Of a DNA stretch of 64,000 bases, positions 9,344-19,116 are shown one piece after another. The stretch is taken from positions 3,795 to 67,794 of IMG/VR virus record IMGVR_UViG_3300020469_003811; one strand, written 5' to 3'. The notes below the pieces were generated by a model. The model was not told where the DNA came from. It did not search any database and was given only the letters and a program-made list of their open reading frames with translations. The first letter of the stretch is position 1. Every line of letters begins with the position of its first letter. A program made the translations under genes and the position numbers. The stretch comes from a virus.

Positions 9344-9523
9344 CTATTTTTTAAATGGATTTAAGTTCTTAATTGCACCAGTAACTTTTTTTGATGTTCC
9401 TGATACTGCGCCTTTTACTTTATCAGTTGCTCCTGATACTGCGCCTGTTACTTTACCTTTTGCTTCATTGGCCATCTTACCAACATTTGGCATTTTTGGC
9501 ATTTTAAACTTTGGTAATTTCAT
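9344..9523 (-). CDS. small basic amphipathic 11-mer repeat protein (59 aa, not in ORF track)
   Basis: AGGAGAG SD; MKLPKFKMPKMPNVGKMANEAKGKVTGAVSGATDKVKGAVSGTSKKVTGAIKNLNPFKK*. Confidence 0.7.
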   Translation of the reverse strand: MKLPKFKMPKMPNVGKMANEAKGKVTGAVSGATDKVKGAVSGTSKKVTGAIKNLNPFKK

Positions 9524-9543
9524 AAACTCTCCTAAGATTTGGT

Positions 9544-11490
9544 TTATCTAATTCCTGATAATGCTACCATTCTAGCTAATTCATCTGAATGATGTGGTAA
9601 TTTATCTGTACCTTGCATATTTTCTGCATTAACAGTTTCCGGTGAAGCTTCTTCTTTTGACATTTCATCAGCAATTCTGTTTAACCAGTCTGGTTCTGAT
9701 GGGTGTCTGTCACCGTCTGATACATCTGCATATCCAATTGAGTCTGCTTCTTTTCTTAACATATCAATAATTTCTTCTTTTGATTTACCCTGGTAATGAG
9801 CATCTGTTTTGATTGAATCATGTACTGCATCTCTGTACTCTTCAAAATCATGCTCTAAATCTGCCGCATCATTTTCTGAAAAGTCACCTTGTGGTATATC
9901 ACTTGTTTCAACTGGTGCTTCTGTTTCACCTTCAGCTTCTGCTTTGTAGGCTCTATATTCTTGTGACCATTTAGCATGGTTATCACCTGATACACCATAC
10001 GCACCTTTGTTTTGAATTCTATCTTTTAATTGTGGATCATCAATTTCTTTTGATTTAATATCTTTTAACCAACTGTTGTAACTTACTTTTGGATTTACAT
10101 TTTTACCAATGTAAGTAAACTTGTCTTTTGCTTTAGCTAAAGTTTCAGCATCTTCAAAATTCATTGTATCTGAATACATACCTAAAATTCTATCGAAGCT
10201 TTCATCTAATTTTGATAGCTCTGGTAAATCTTTTGATTCATTACTAGCTACATCTTTTTGTTCTGCTGGATCTTTTACTTTTGCAAGAATTGATCTAATA
10301 GTTGCAACATCATCTTGCACCATTGGGTCTTTGTCAATGCCTGTTAGTTTGTCTGACATTCTAGCTAAGAATACAGAAACTTCATCGTTTTTAGCTCTTG
10401 CGGCTAAATCTGAAATCTTGTAAGCCAACTCAGCTTTGCTATCATTAAACTTCATTATGTTTGATGGTGCATACTCTGATTGTCCTGCTGATCTAGGATG
10501 CATTTCTATTGCACCTTTTTCTAATTCTTTTGCGATACGATTTCTTAATGACGCATTGTCATTGATTTCTTCATCATGTATTTCTTGTATCATTGGAAGT
10601 AGTTCAGCAACTCTGTTGTCCATTGAACTAACTGTAAATTTTTCTTTTAGTTTGTTTAGAGTGTCTTGATCATATTCTTTGCTTTCGTGTCTAGCAAAAT
10701 TTTCTACATAGTTGTTGTAACCTTCAATAGTAGTTAATTTTTTGATCGTTTCTCTTAATCTGTCTTGTCTTGTTAACATAGAATTATAAACAGAACCACC
10801 TTGTTCTTGTATTGCAGGAGAACGTCTCATTACATTTAATACTTCTCTGATCTTACTCATTTGTTCACTCATGTTTACAATACTTTGACCAACTTCATCG
10901 TAAAGGTTACCACCATTTTGTACGTGACGTGTCATCGCTCTTGCACCATTCAAGTGAATGAAAGGATATTTAAATCTTTCACCTTGACCGTTTTCAATGT
11001 ATAATGCTGAAATGTTTCTTGATCTTGCACCAGGAATTTCTTCATTCACTGGAGATCTGTGTTTAATTAATAGCTTGGCATTTTCTAGTTTTTGAGTACT
11101 AGTTTTTACCGTGCCTGCAATGGCTGAATAGCCTTCTGTTTTAATCTGTTCCATATTGTTATTTAACCTAAAACTATAATTTTTAGGCTTAATTTCCCTT
11201 CCAAATTCACGTAAATCAAAGTCTAATAAGTTATCTCTGGCTAATTTCTTTAAAGAAGCCACTGTAGATGCTACTTCATCTATAGATTCTGGTCCTTTAT
11301 GTAGCTTTACTTCACTATTTTCTATACTTAGATTTACCATTAAATTAGGCTCCTGTATATAAAAGAATCTTGCTTTTTTTGGATCAACAATTTCATTGCC
11401 ATCTTCTGCATCAAATAATTGTACAGAATAACCACGTCCTTTTAGAATACGAAATATTTTTTCAGCTACTATGTTATAATCTACTGCCAT
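9544..11490 (-). CDS. large hypothetical protein, probable head/core-associated
   Basis: 648 aa, late-type promoter, C-terminal LARMVALSGIR resembles the scaffold C-terminus IKRLAGLRS. Confidence 0.55.
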   Translation of the reverse strand: MAVDYNIVAEKIFRILKGRGYSVQLFDAEDGNEIVDPKKARFFYIQEPNLMVNLSIENSEVKLHKGPESIDEVASTVASLKKLARDNLLDFDLREFGREIKPKNYSFRLNNNMEQIKTEGYSAIAGTVKTSTQKLENAKLLIKHRSPVNEEIPGARSRNISALYIENGQGERFKYPFIHLNGARAMTRHVQNGGNLYDEVGQSIVNMSEQMSKIREVLNVMRRSPAIQEQGGSVYNSMLTRQDRLRETIKKLTTIEGYNNYVENFARHESKEYDQDTLNKLKEKFTVSSMDNRVAELLPMIQEIHDEEINDNASLRNRIAKELEKGAIEMHPRSAGQSEYAPSNIMKFNDSKAELAYKISDLAARAKNDEVSVFLARMSDKLTGIDKDPMVQDDVATIRSILAKVKDPAEQKDVASNESKDLPELSKLDESFDRILGMYSDTMNFEDAETLAKAKDKFTYIGKNVNPKVSYNSWLKDIKSKEIDDPQLKDRIQNKGAYGVSGDNHAKWSQEYRAYKAEAEGETEAPVETSDIPQGDFSENDAADLEHDFEEYRDAVHDSIKTDAHYQGKSKEEIIDMLRKEADSIGYADVSDGDRHPSEPDWLNRIADEMSKEEASPETVNAENMQGTDKLPHHSDELARMVALSGIR

Positions 11491-11506
11491 ATTGTTATTT
11501 ATCTAT

Positions 11507-13114
11507 CTATATAATCATTGGCATAGGCACAATATTACCTTCACCATCTTCATCATCACGTTGTCCTAAACTTTGTTCAAATATAGGATCATATTTTGCT
11601 AAATTTCCGACTAATCTACAACACAGTAAACTAGCAGATACCAAATCATCATTTTCTCCTAATTTAGCTGAGAATGAATTTCCTTTTGCAACAAATACTT
11701 TAAGCTCTCTAATTAAGTTTCTACTATGTATTTGTAACTTACCTGTTTCAACCCAATTTTTTAATCTTGAACAAGCAGATAGTTTTGCTTTGTGTGTTGT
11801 ATTAAATCCTTTACGTTTATGTACATCACGTCTTTGTTGTCCAGCACGTCTAGGTTCATGTGTAAAGAAACCTGGAAATCTATCTTCACCCATTTCTTCA
11901 ATAGCAACAATGGCCGCTTCACCTAAAGTATTATTTTCTATAGTCCAATAAATTTCCGGTTGCGGTGTTCCTTGTTCTTTTAATTGAGTATCTAAATCTT
12001 TTAAAATACCTAGTAGTGTTCTAACTTGTCCTTGTACTGTTGTTTTGTTATGTTGCCATTCAGCTACCTGTGTAAACTCCGGTAAACTAAAAACTTGTAT
12101 TGCTGAATAATCTCCTCCTGTACCTAAACTAGGATCTAAGGCTACAACATAAGTGTTTCCTTTTCTAGGCCTTTCATACCAACGTACTTGACCTGTTTTG
12201 TATAAAGGATCTTTTCCTGCTAATGTGATTAATTTTAATCCATCGATTAGTGTTTCATCAAATGCGATAAATTCACAATCATGCTCACGTCTAAATCTTT
12301 CTTCACCTATTCTTGCACGTTCATCTTTGGCCCATTGTTCATCTCTATCTGGATGTTCTGACCAATGTACATTTATTGCTCTAAAGCCATTGATACCTGT
12401 ACCATCTCTAGTAGGTTGACCAAATTCGTCAACTTTTTTATTTGCACTTCTCCATAGTCCTGCAAACACATCGTCATCATTGTTTGGTGTTGATGTAATA
12501 ATACACTTACCACCTGTTGACAATGTTGGAGATAGTGAAGTCCAAAACTCACTGGCCTTCTGTTGTGGTTCAACGAATGCAAACTCATCCATGTAAACTA
12601 AAGATATAGACATACCCCTACCTGTTGTTTCAGTTGTGGTTTGTGCTATAATCCTAGAACCATTATCAAAATCCATTGATCCTTTATTATAACTTGTTAC
12701 TCCACATCTGATATAGTCAGGTGATTCTTCATAAGCAAATCTTACACGTTGCATGATATCCTGGGCACCTTGATATTTGTGTGCCGCAATCAATATTAAA
12801 ACATCTGGATGAAACATAGCATACCATAACAAGTATCCTGCCGCACAGGTTGTTTTACCAGTTTGCCTTGCACACATGGCGATTGCAAATCTATTATTAT
12901 TATATGTTTCTAACAATCTCTCTTGGTACTCAAATGGCTCAAATTTCATACGTCCTTTAGTAGGATGTTGAATCCACATATGATTTTTCATGAATTGCAA
13001 ATAACCAGTTTTCTTGTCAGCACATTGTTTTAGATCAAGTAACTGAGCTTCTGTATACTTGGTTTTTGCGTATGCTTTTTTAGTTAAATTTCCGTCTAGA
13101 CTTTTATGTACCAT
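11507..13114 (-). CDS. gp17: terminase large subunit (T4 gp17-like)
   Basis: ARQTGKTT Walker A, YMDEFAFV Walker B, ITSTPN, LDPS.G.GGDYS nuclease motif, NDDLV. Confidence 0.93.
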   Translation of the reverse strand: MVHKSLDGNLTKKAYAKTKYTEAQLLDLKQCADKKTGYLQFMKNHMWIQHPTKGRMKFEPFEYQERLLETYNNNRFAIAMCARQTGKTTCAAGYLLWYAMFHPDVLILIAAHKYQGAQDIMQRVRFAYEESPDYIRCGVTSYNKGSMDFDNGSRIIAQTTTETTGRGMSISLVYMDEFAFVEPQQKASEFWTSLSPTLSTGGKCIITSTPNNDDDVFAGLWRSANKKVDEFGQPTRDGTGINGFRAINVHWSEHPDRDEQWAKDERARIGEERFRREHDCEFIAFDETLIDGLKLITLAGKDPLYKTGQVRWYERPRKGNTYVVALDPSLGTGGDYSAIQVFSLPEFTQVAEWQHNKTTVQGQVRTLLGILKDLDTQLKEQGTPQPEIYWTIENNTLGEAAIVAIEEMGEDRFPGFFTHEPRRAGQQRRDVHKRKGFNTTHKAKLSACSRLKNWVETGKLQIHSRNLIRELKVFVAKGNSFSAKLGENDDLVSASLLCCRLVGNLAKYDPIFEQSLGQRDDEDGEGNIVPMPMII

Positions 13115-13134
13115 ACGTATATTTATATACGCAG

Positions 13135-13575
13135 TTAATGACGTAGATTAAAATACTGGTTTCTATTGTCTATTCCAATAGACATATTAATGAATCTACA
13201 CAAATATTCAAACTTATCTGATAATTCAGCAAATAATTCCCCGTTTAAACCAAATTTAACGTGGCTGTAGCTACTCTTTCCAACAAATGTATAGTAAGAC
13301 ACATCTAAACCACTAGAGGCGTTGTACGTGGGGAATACACCGGTTACAAACAAACAAACATCACCCAAATCCTTTGCAGGTAATGAACTATATTTGTTTA
13401 ACTTTAATAAATTTTCTGCAAAGGATAACTTGGGTAAGAAGTCTGGCTTGTCCACAAATGATGATAATAACATCACGATGTATGCTTCGAGATGAATAGG
13501 CAGTTCTAGGGAATGAATATCTTTTGTCTCGCGAACAATGTCATAAAAGATTTTTGTGTACTCATCTCGTAACAT
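13135..13575 (-). CDS. hypothetical protein
   Basis: 146-aa ORF, YIVMLL / LGDVCLFVTGVFP segments; TAAATA-N5-ATG start. Confidence 0.6.
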   Translation of the reverse strand: MLRDEYTKIFYDIVRETKDIHSLELPIHLEAYIVMLLSSFVDKPDFLPKLSFAENLLKLNKYSSLPAKDLGDVCLFVTGVFPTYNASSGLDVSYYTFVGKSSYSHVKFGLNGELFAELSDKFEYLCRFINMSIGIDNRNQYFNLRH

Positions 13576-13590
13576 AAAAATATTTACGGA

Positions 13591-14685
13591 CTAATCACGT
13601 TTAGATATATTACAAGTTAACTTCCATTTACTATTTGAACATTTATCGTAACACAACTGCATTTTTAAACTTCCATCATTATTTCTTTTTTCAGTTTCCC
13701 ATGCATCAGTCATTTGTTTCCAAAGTCGTGAACTGGCAATTTCTTTTAATGAATATTTGGTATAGTCATTAAATCTTTTTTCAATAAAAGGTATCATCCA
13801 TGGTTCAGTTTTTTGTAACATAAGTTTAGTTGTGTCATATTCTAACGAATGCCAACAGCATGGCCAAACTCTACCATGTGAGTTTATGTATATTTTATTT
13901 TTTACAAAAGATTTGCATTCAATATCATTAGTTGGATTTTTTAAATCAATATTCAATCTACGTGCTTCTTCTTCAATTACTTTATCAACATCAGATGATA
14001 AAAAATTTCCTTCTTTTTCTCTTAATTCAATCTGTTCATCATCATAAATGTCGTCACTGTATCTGGTCGAATACTGAGGAAGAAACTTTGTAAATCCTAA
14101 TTTCTTAGCAAGTCTTTCTGCTTCATCTACTTGATGTTTGTTATGCTCAAAGACCAAATACTTCCAAGTAGCATCGCCACCAGCATTGATGTAGGCTTCA
14201 ACATTGGCTATTAGTCTATCCCAATCTACTCCTTTTCTATACAAGTGATTAGTGTCTTTTAATCCATCAATAGCAAAAGTCATTGTAGCTGGGTCACTGG
14301 CTTTTTGGCTTTCTTCTTTGCTGATTCTACCTGCTTCTTGCCAAAACTTAATAGGTCTAATACCGCCATTAGTTTCTACTTCTATTTTTCCAAAATTCTT
14401 AACACAGTACTCCCATATCTGTGGCAACTGTGGATGCATTATTACATCTCCTAAATTTCCAACAAACCAAAGCTCTACATCTTTTGATTTATTGCGGGAT
14501 GTAAAATCTAAATCTTCTCGTAATTGATTAAACACTTCAAACGGAATATGTCTCAAAGGCAACGACTCTATTGTTTTACTAGTGCCATGATCGTGTCTAG
14601 CACAATAAGGACATCCTGCATTACAATATGTTGTTGCTTCAATTTCAACTATTTCAATGTTGTTAATATCTATCTTGTTAAACAT
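13591..14685 (-). CDS. radical SAM protein with SPASM/twitch-like C-terminus
   Basis: CNAGCPYC, ETNGG, FAIDG, GRVWPCC and C..KC. Confidence 0.85.
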   Translation of the reverse strand: MFNKIDINNIEIVEIEATTYCNAGCPYCARHDHGTSKTIESLPLRHIPFEVFNQLREDLDFTSRNKSKDVELWFVGNLGDVIMHPQLPQIWEYCVKNFGKIEVETNGGIRPIKFWQEAGRISKEESQKASDPATMTFAIDGLKDTNHLYRKGVDWDRLIANVEAYINAGGDATWKYLVFEHNKHQVDEAERLAKKLGFTKFLPQYSTRYSDDIYDDEQIELREKEGNFLSSDVDKVIEEEARRLNIDLKNPTNDIECKSFVKNKIYINSHGRVWPCCWHSLEYDTTKLMLQKTEPWMIPFIEKRFNDYTKYSLKEIASSRLWKQMTDAWETEKRNNDGSLKMQLCYDKCSNSKWKLTCNISKRD

Positions 14686-14720
14686 ACACTTATTTAAATT
14701 GTGTGTGTAGGTTTTAAATT

Positions 14721-14918
14721 ATGTTATATTTTTGTATGCGACTTTTTGTATGTGTTGTATGCGATTTATGTGTATGTGTTATATATGTTGTATGCGATTT
14801 ATGTGTATGTGTTGTATTAGCTTTTGTGTATGTGTTTTGTATGTTCGCGGTCGAAATCATGGGTGTCTTGGCCGCTCCGCCTCGCGGGTGGTTTCCTTAA
14901 CTGTGTCTTAATGCTTGT
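14721..14918. repeat. bipartite element copy A: TGTATG repeat array plus GC-rich box
   Basis: 8 TGTATG in 14733-14843; perfect 28-bp direct repeat at 14753-14780 and 14786-14813; followed by CCGCCTCGCGGGTGGTTTCCTTAACTGTGTCT. Confidence 0.8.
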
Positions 14919-15500
14919 TTATTGATCTACTATAGATTGATAGTTACCAGTGTTTGTGCCAACTGCCTGTGCCGCTCTATCAAATGCACCGCCTACTTTG
15001 CCTGGTATGTCTTTTGCTTTGCCTGGATCTAATCTACTAGATAGTTCCATTTGCGACAATATGTTCAAATACAAATTTCTAATACGTACTATTTTGTAAG
15101 CATCTTCTTTAGTTTCAATGTATCCTTCCATGTTACTAAATGGCTCTCCTGATGGAATGGATTTTATTCTGTTTTTGATCACGTTTGGATCCAGCTGTTT
15201 TAGTGCCTGTGGTTGGAAACCTGCTATGGACACACCCAACTGTATATCTTTTAGATTACGTGTTAGGTCTTCAATTCCACCAATTGCTTTTAGGCCTGGT
15301 TGTCCGCCTCCACGTCTACCCATACGAAAAATTGATTCTGCTGACTTGGTAAACAACGGTTCTGACATTATGTTGAATGGTTCTTCTACACCTGCCGCTT
15401 TAAAATCATCTTGGATCTTTGCCTGTGTACGTGCCACATGATTGCCGTAATCCCTTTGTAGGATTTGTGCTATTTGTCCAGCTTCACTGATTATTGAGTC
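14919..15500 (-). CDS. hypothetical protein; possibly the -1 frameshift extension of the upstream ORF
   Basis: Frame is open from the A9 run at 15509-15501 (DSIISEAGQIAQILQRDYGNHVARTQ...); track start is a GTG at 15437 with no clear SD. Confidence 0.55.
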   Translation of the reverse strand, partial: DSIISEAGQIAQILQRDYGNHVARTQAKIQDDFKAAGVEEPFNIMSEPLFTKSAESIFRMGRRGGGQPGLKAIGGIEDLTRNLKDIQLGVSIAGFQPQALKQLDPNVIKNRIKSIPSGEPFSNMEGYIETKEDAYKIVRIRNLYLNILSQMELSSRLDPGKAKDIPGKVGGAFDRAAQAVGTNTGNYQSIVDQ

Positions 15501-15961
15501 TTTTTTTTTGAGTCGCTTTCAGCAACAAATGATTTATATTCACTCATCAAAGCCTCAAAGCGATCTTCTGTCACAGCTTCGTCTTCGTTGGTTAATGGAT
15601 TGTCTCCATGTTTAGCTGGAACGTATTTGAATTTCTTTTGTGCTTTAACGCCTGAAGTGAAATCATCTTGCTTGAACTGACCGGCTGGTGAATGTACCAT
15701 CTCTTCATTGTCTTCGTTCATAGATACCTCTGCTTGTAAATCGTCTCTTTGTAAAGCTCTTTCAAGCTCGTCTTGTGTAGCTGTTGTTACAACTTCTACC
15801 ATAGATGAATTAAATTCGTTTTGATCAACTACTGCATCTGCAACACCACTTTGCTTTAAAGCAAATTCAATTGATGGTGCAATTGATCTATCTTCGTCTA
15901 GATCAAAACTTCCTAGATCTTCAACTGTGATTGTGTATGATTTTGCTTGAGCTTCCATCAT
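15491..15961 (-). CDS. acidic hypothetical protein, probable head internal protein
   Basis: 156 aa, HGDNPL motif, ends ESDSKKKTQ at a slippery site. Confidence 0.6.
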   Translation of the reverse strand: MMEAQAKSYTITVEDLGSFDLDEDRSIAPSIEFALKQSGVADAVVDQNEFNSSMVEVVTTATQDELERALQRDDLQAEVSMNEDNEEMVHSPAGQFKQDDFTSGVKAQKKFKYVPAKHGDNPLTNEDEAVTEDRFEALMSEYKSFVAESDSKKKTQ

Positions 15962-16599
15962 TATTTTTTACCTCTATTGTCATTTGACAAAGGTGATTTG
16001 GCACCTTTCTCTGACTCTCTTGGTTCACTTGAATCTTTTGCATCTGTTTTAGTTGCGACACTCAATGGTCCTTCAACTTCAACGTTTGCTCTGTCTGGAT
16101 CTTTTGCTTTGTTATCGATCAATGTTTGTAGGAAATTCTTTTTGTGTTCTTCACCAGCAATTTTATCTGCGTCTTTGTACTGCTCATCTTCGCTGTACTC
16201 TTTACCCATTTTAGGTTGATAGTCTTCTGCATTGGCTTGTTGTCTTGCCACTTCTGCTTCGTTCTCTGCCTCAATAGGATCATTAGGACCTTTGACTACA
16301 ACGTAGTCATAAACTAAACCTAACTTGTCGGAAAGGTTTCTTCTAATTGTTTCATGCGATACTGGTAAGTGTACTACTGCATCAATTATATAAACTTCAG
16401 TGTTTCTAATCTTTGTACCAAAGTCCAATGGATGCTCTTGCATAATAGTTTTAGTTGGTTTAGAAACAGATACTACATCAAATCTAGATAATTCTGTTTC
16501 AATAACGTTCATCATGTCATCAGTAACTTCTGCCGCTATTTTAATTCTTAACGGAATCTCTTTTACTGCTTCAGATAGATATGATTTAAAACTCTTCAT
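15961..16599 (-). CDS. probable head internal protein (start revised to 16599)
   Basis: AAGGAGG SD and TAAATA-N5-ATG; N-terminus MKSFKSYLSE resembles T4 capsid-targeting sequences. Confidence 0.6.
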   Translation of the reverse strand: MKSFKSYLSEAVKEIPLRIKIAAEVTDDMMNVIETELSRFDVVSVSKPTKTIMQEHPLDFGTKIRNTEVYIIDAVVHLPVSHETIRRNLSDKLGLVYDYVVVKGPNDPIEAENEAEVARQQANAEDYQPKMGKEYSEDEQYKDADKIAGEEHKKNFLQTLIDNKAKDPDRANVEVEGPLSVATKTDAKDSSEPRESEKGAKSPLSNDNRGKK

Positions 16600-16603
16600 A
16601 TTT

Positions 16604-17185
16604 TTATTTATCCTCCTTATCGGATTTATCATCGGTTTCATTTACCTTTTGAATCAGCTGATCTAGTAGTTTATTGCGGTCTCCTACCACATATCCTTCG
16701 CCTTCTATGACTTCATCAGTGCTTGTACCCTTGTTATCCCACTGATCTACACGTTGTTTTTTCAACTGTAGCTCAATCATTCTTAGCTTTTTGTCAGCTT
16801 TTGCGTTCTTGGCTTCTACGGCATTTTTCAGCATTGTAGAAGCTACTTCAAACATTTTACCGGCGTGTCTAGCCTCAGAATTCATACCTAAATCCATTAG
16901 TTCACGATATGACTTCATTGCTTCATCTGAAAAATCATCCATATCACCATCATGTGCTTCCAAGTTTTTAACTTGCGGTAAAGCATTGTCAATTTTTTGA
17001 GCTGTTGATAATGCTTTTTTTATTACTGCTTCATCTGGTTGTTCTGGTTGTTCTACTGTTTCTTCAACTACTTCTGTAGTTTTATTTTCAGATGCTTCTT
17101 GTTGATTTTCCTCTGCAGATTCTTGTTCCGCTATCATATCTTCTATGTTTGGTAAATCAAATGTATCTTCTAATTTTTTATTCAT
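16604..17185 (-). CDS. probable terminase small subunit (T4 gp16-like)
   Basis: Helical; AGKMFEVASTMLKNAVEA resembles the gp16 core; C-terminal GDRNKLL. Confidence 0.55.
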   Translation of the reverse strand: MNKKLEDTFDLPNIEDMIAEQESAEENQQEASENKTTEVVEETVEQPEQPDEAVIKKALSTAQKIDNALPQVKNLEAHDGDMDDFSDEAMKSYRELMDLGMNSEARHAGKMFEVASTMLKNAVEAKNAKADKKLRMIELQLKKQRVDQWDNKGTSTDEVIEGEGYVVGDRNKLLDQLIQKVNETDDKSDKEDK

Positions 17186-17186
17186 A

Positions 17187-17615
17187 TTACTTTATAGCAT
17201 AGATTGAGTCTTCATTCAAGACCCTAAATCTAATTCCTTTTCTTTTTGTCCATTCAGCCGCCGCTTTCCACTTTGCTTGATTAATTATAACATCAGCTTT
17301 TTCTTTTTGCGACTTAATACTTTCCATTGTTGTCTGACTTTTTGGTTTTATTTCCACCATCTCAGCAATTTTTTTACCACGTTTATTTACATATATCATA
17401 ATAAAGTCTGGAACATACATCGTCCACTTTCCTGTAAACGGATGTCTATATGGTATTCTTACCGGTTCACTTGCCCAACTTAAAACACTTGGGTGATTAT
17501 CACACATTCTCATAAATGTTGCTTCCCATCCAGATCTAAACCTAGGTGCGTGTTTACCTACATACTTTTGTGGGTTTTTTAAATTATATAAACCTTTATG
17601 AAATCTTCTAGCCAT
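17187..17615 (-). CDS. gp4: head completion nuclease (T4 gp4-like, TnsA-type fold)
   Basis: KNPQKYVG, RSGWE, WASE, IPY, YVPDF, EIKP, NQAKW.AA. Confidence 0.85.
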   Translation of the reverse strand: MARRFHKGLYNLKNPQKYVGKHAPRFRSGWEATFMRMCDNHPSVLSWASEPVRIPYRHPFTGKWTMYVPDFIMIYVNKRGKKIAEMVEIKPKSQTTMESIKSQKEKADVIINQAKWKAAAEWTKRKGIRFRVLNEDSIYAIK

Positions 17616-17623
17616 GCTAGTAT

Positions 17624-18061
17624 TTAAGCAATAATATGTCTACCAATAAATGAATTGGGTGTTTGTGCTTTTCTAATGGCTACTTGGCTTGTGGACGGTC
17701 TATAATTATTCAATAACGCAATACCCAAATCACTAAACTCAATTCCGTTAGTTACTTCTGTAAACAAGTCTTCGATATTAGTATTAAACTTTTTCATAGC
17801 ATCCATTGTTAATAAACTATATGCTTGAGCCAATGAATCGCTTTCAACATATTTTCTAAAGATACCATATACTAATTCATATTTTCTGCCATCGATAAAT
17901 TCTCTTTCTAAATTTAAATTAGAAAGTATTGATGAAGAAAGATCTTCACCTTTGTTGCCTGGTTGGCCTCCTACAATATTTTCTGTTATAGAACCAAACT
18001 GTCTAATAACTTGTTTGATTCCACCAACTGCTTCAATTGTTCTTGTACTGTTTCTACTCAT
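17624..18061 (-). CDS. hypothetical protein
   Basis: 145-aa ORF coupled to the upstream tube-like gene. Confidence 0.55.
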   Translation of the reverse strand: MSRNSTRTIEAVGGIKQVIRQFGSITENIVGGQPGNKGEDLSSSILSNLNLEREFIDGRKYELVYGIFRKYVESDSLAQAYSLLTMDAMKKFNTNIEDLFTEVTNGIEFSDLGIALLNNYRPSTSQVAIRKAQTPNSFIGRHIIA

Positions 18062-19083
18062 TAGTTTTTACCAAATCCTAAAAATCCTGCAACACTTTTT
18101 CCTGCATCTTTAACACCACTAATTACCGATGCTTTTGCATTTGATGTTGCATTTAAAATATCATTAGTGTTAAAGCCTTGACCTTTTGCTTGTGACAATG
18201 AAGATTGAGCTGAACTGTTAACTGCTTTTGCTAAACCCGGATCAACTTTACCTTCTCCATAACCTATCTTGTCTTTTGAAATTTTTGTTGGCGGTGCGGC
18301 GTCTGGTCCACCTGTAACTTCTTTGAAGTCAGATGTTGATGACATCATGCCTGTTAAATCTGCTTCAGCTTCTCCAATGTCAACATTTGTTTCTTCAAAC
18401 ATAAAGTTTTCATATTGGAATGCTAATGAAATATTAACAATAGCAGATGAACTATAATCCAACGTATCTAAATCTAATCTAGACAAACGTGGATAGACAC
18501 ATCTTACTTTACTAAACTGACCACCTGCAACTTGATATATGTCTATGTATTTTAAAATTCTACTATCTCTTCCTAAGTGTGGTGCTAAACCAAAATGATG
18601 GTGTTGTTTAAACTGCTCATCTGTTTGAAAAAGATCGTCTTGATAATTGTGTTTTTCTGACATTTCATCTTCTGCACCCATATTCTTTTTATATAATCTT
18701 GCACCTTGAAATTCAAACTCGTATAAAAATCTTGCTAACTTGATTCCTAAACCATCATGTGTATCATACATTCTCATTGATATTGGATCAAATGAAACTG
18801 TTCTATTAACAATTCTTTTTCTGTTGTATTGATTTAATACTGATTGATCAACAGACATTTTTGGTTGATCAACTACATTAACTAGAAAATGTAATCTGTC
18901 TTTAAATTCTTTAAGTTCTGTGAAAGTTTGTTTTAAATGAGGAGGTATTCCGCCAAACTCCTGTAACCCGAATGCCACAACAAACTGGTGTGCTTGTCTT
19001 GGTGCTTCGTGCGAAGCCGAACCGCTTTGATAAACAATAGCGGCTCGGTTTGCGGGTTTTAATACGATTTTTTCATCAGCCAT
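18061..19083 (-). CDS. tail tube-like protein (gp19/gp54 family paralogue)
   Basis: DQPK, NQYNRKR, FDPI.M.MYD, LDYS...I.L.FQYE tube-fold motifs. Confidence 0.65.
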   Translation of the reverse strand: MADEKIVLKPANRAAIVYQSGSASHEAPRQAHQFVVAFGLQEFGGIPPHLKQTFTELKEFKDRLHFLVNVVDQPKMSVDQSVLNQYNRKRIVNRTVSFDPISMRMYDTHDGLGIKLARFLYEFEFQGARLYKKNMGAEDEMSEKHNYQDDLFQTDEQFKQHHHFGLAPHLGRDSRILKYIDIYQVAGGQFSKVRCVYPRLSRLDLDTLDYSSSAIVNISLAFQYENFMFEETNVDIGEAEADLTGMMSSTSDFKEVTGGPDAAPPTKISKDKIGYGEGKVDPGLAKAVNSSAQSSLSQAKGQGFNTNDILNATSNAKASVISGVKDAGKSVAGFLGFGKN

Positions 19084-19116
19084 TAGTATTTCCCAATCTT
19101 TTAGTTAATGGTAGTA

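Noticed and set aside
9288-9551. 87-aa plus-strand ORF
   Set aside because: Antisense shadow of the 59-aa minus-strand gene and the riboswitch promoter
11507-13114. Intein or intron in TerL, UvsX, UvsW or gp46
   Set aside because: Lengths are normal, motifs are contiguous and no Hint/LAGLIDADG signatures were seen
14721-14843. Repeat array as a CRISPR mini-array
   Set aside because: Only 5 nt lie between the 28-bp repeats, the sequence is low-complexity, and there are no unique spacers or cas genes
17187-17615. Tn7 TnsA transposon
   Set aside because: The motifs and context fit T4 gp4 head completion nuclease, and no other transposition genes are present
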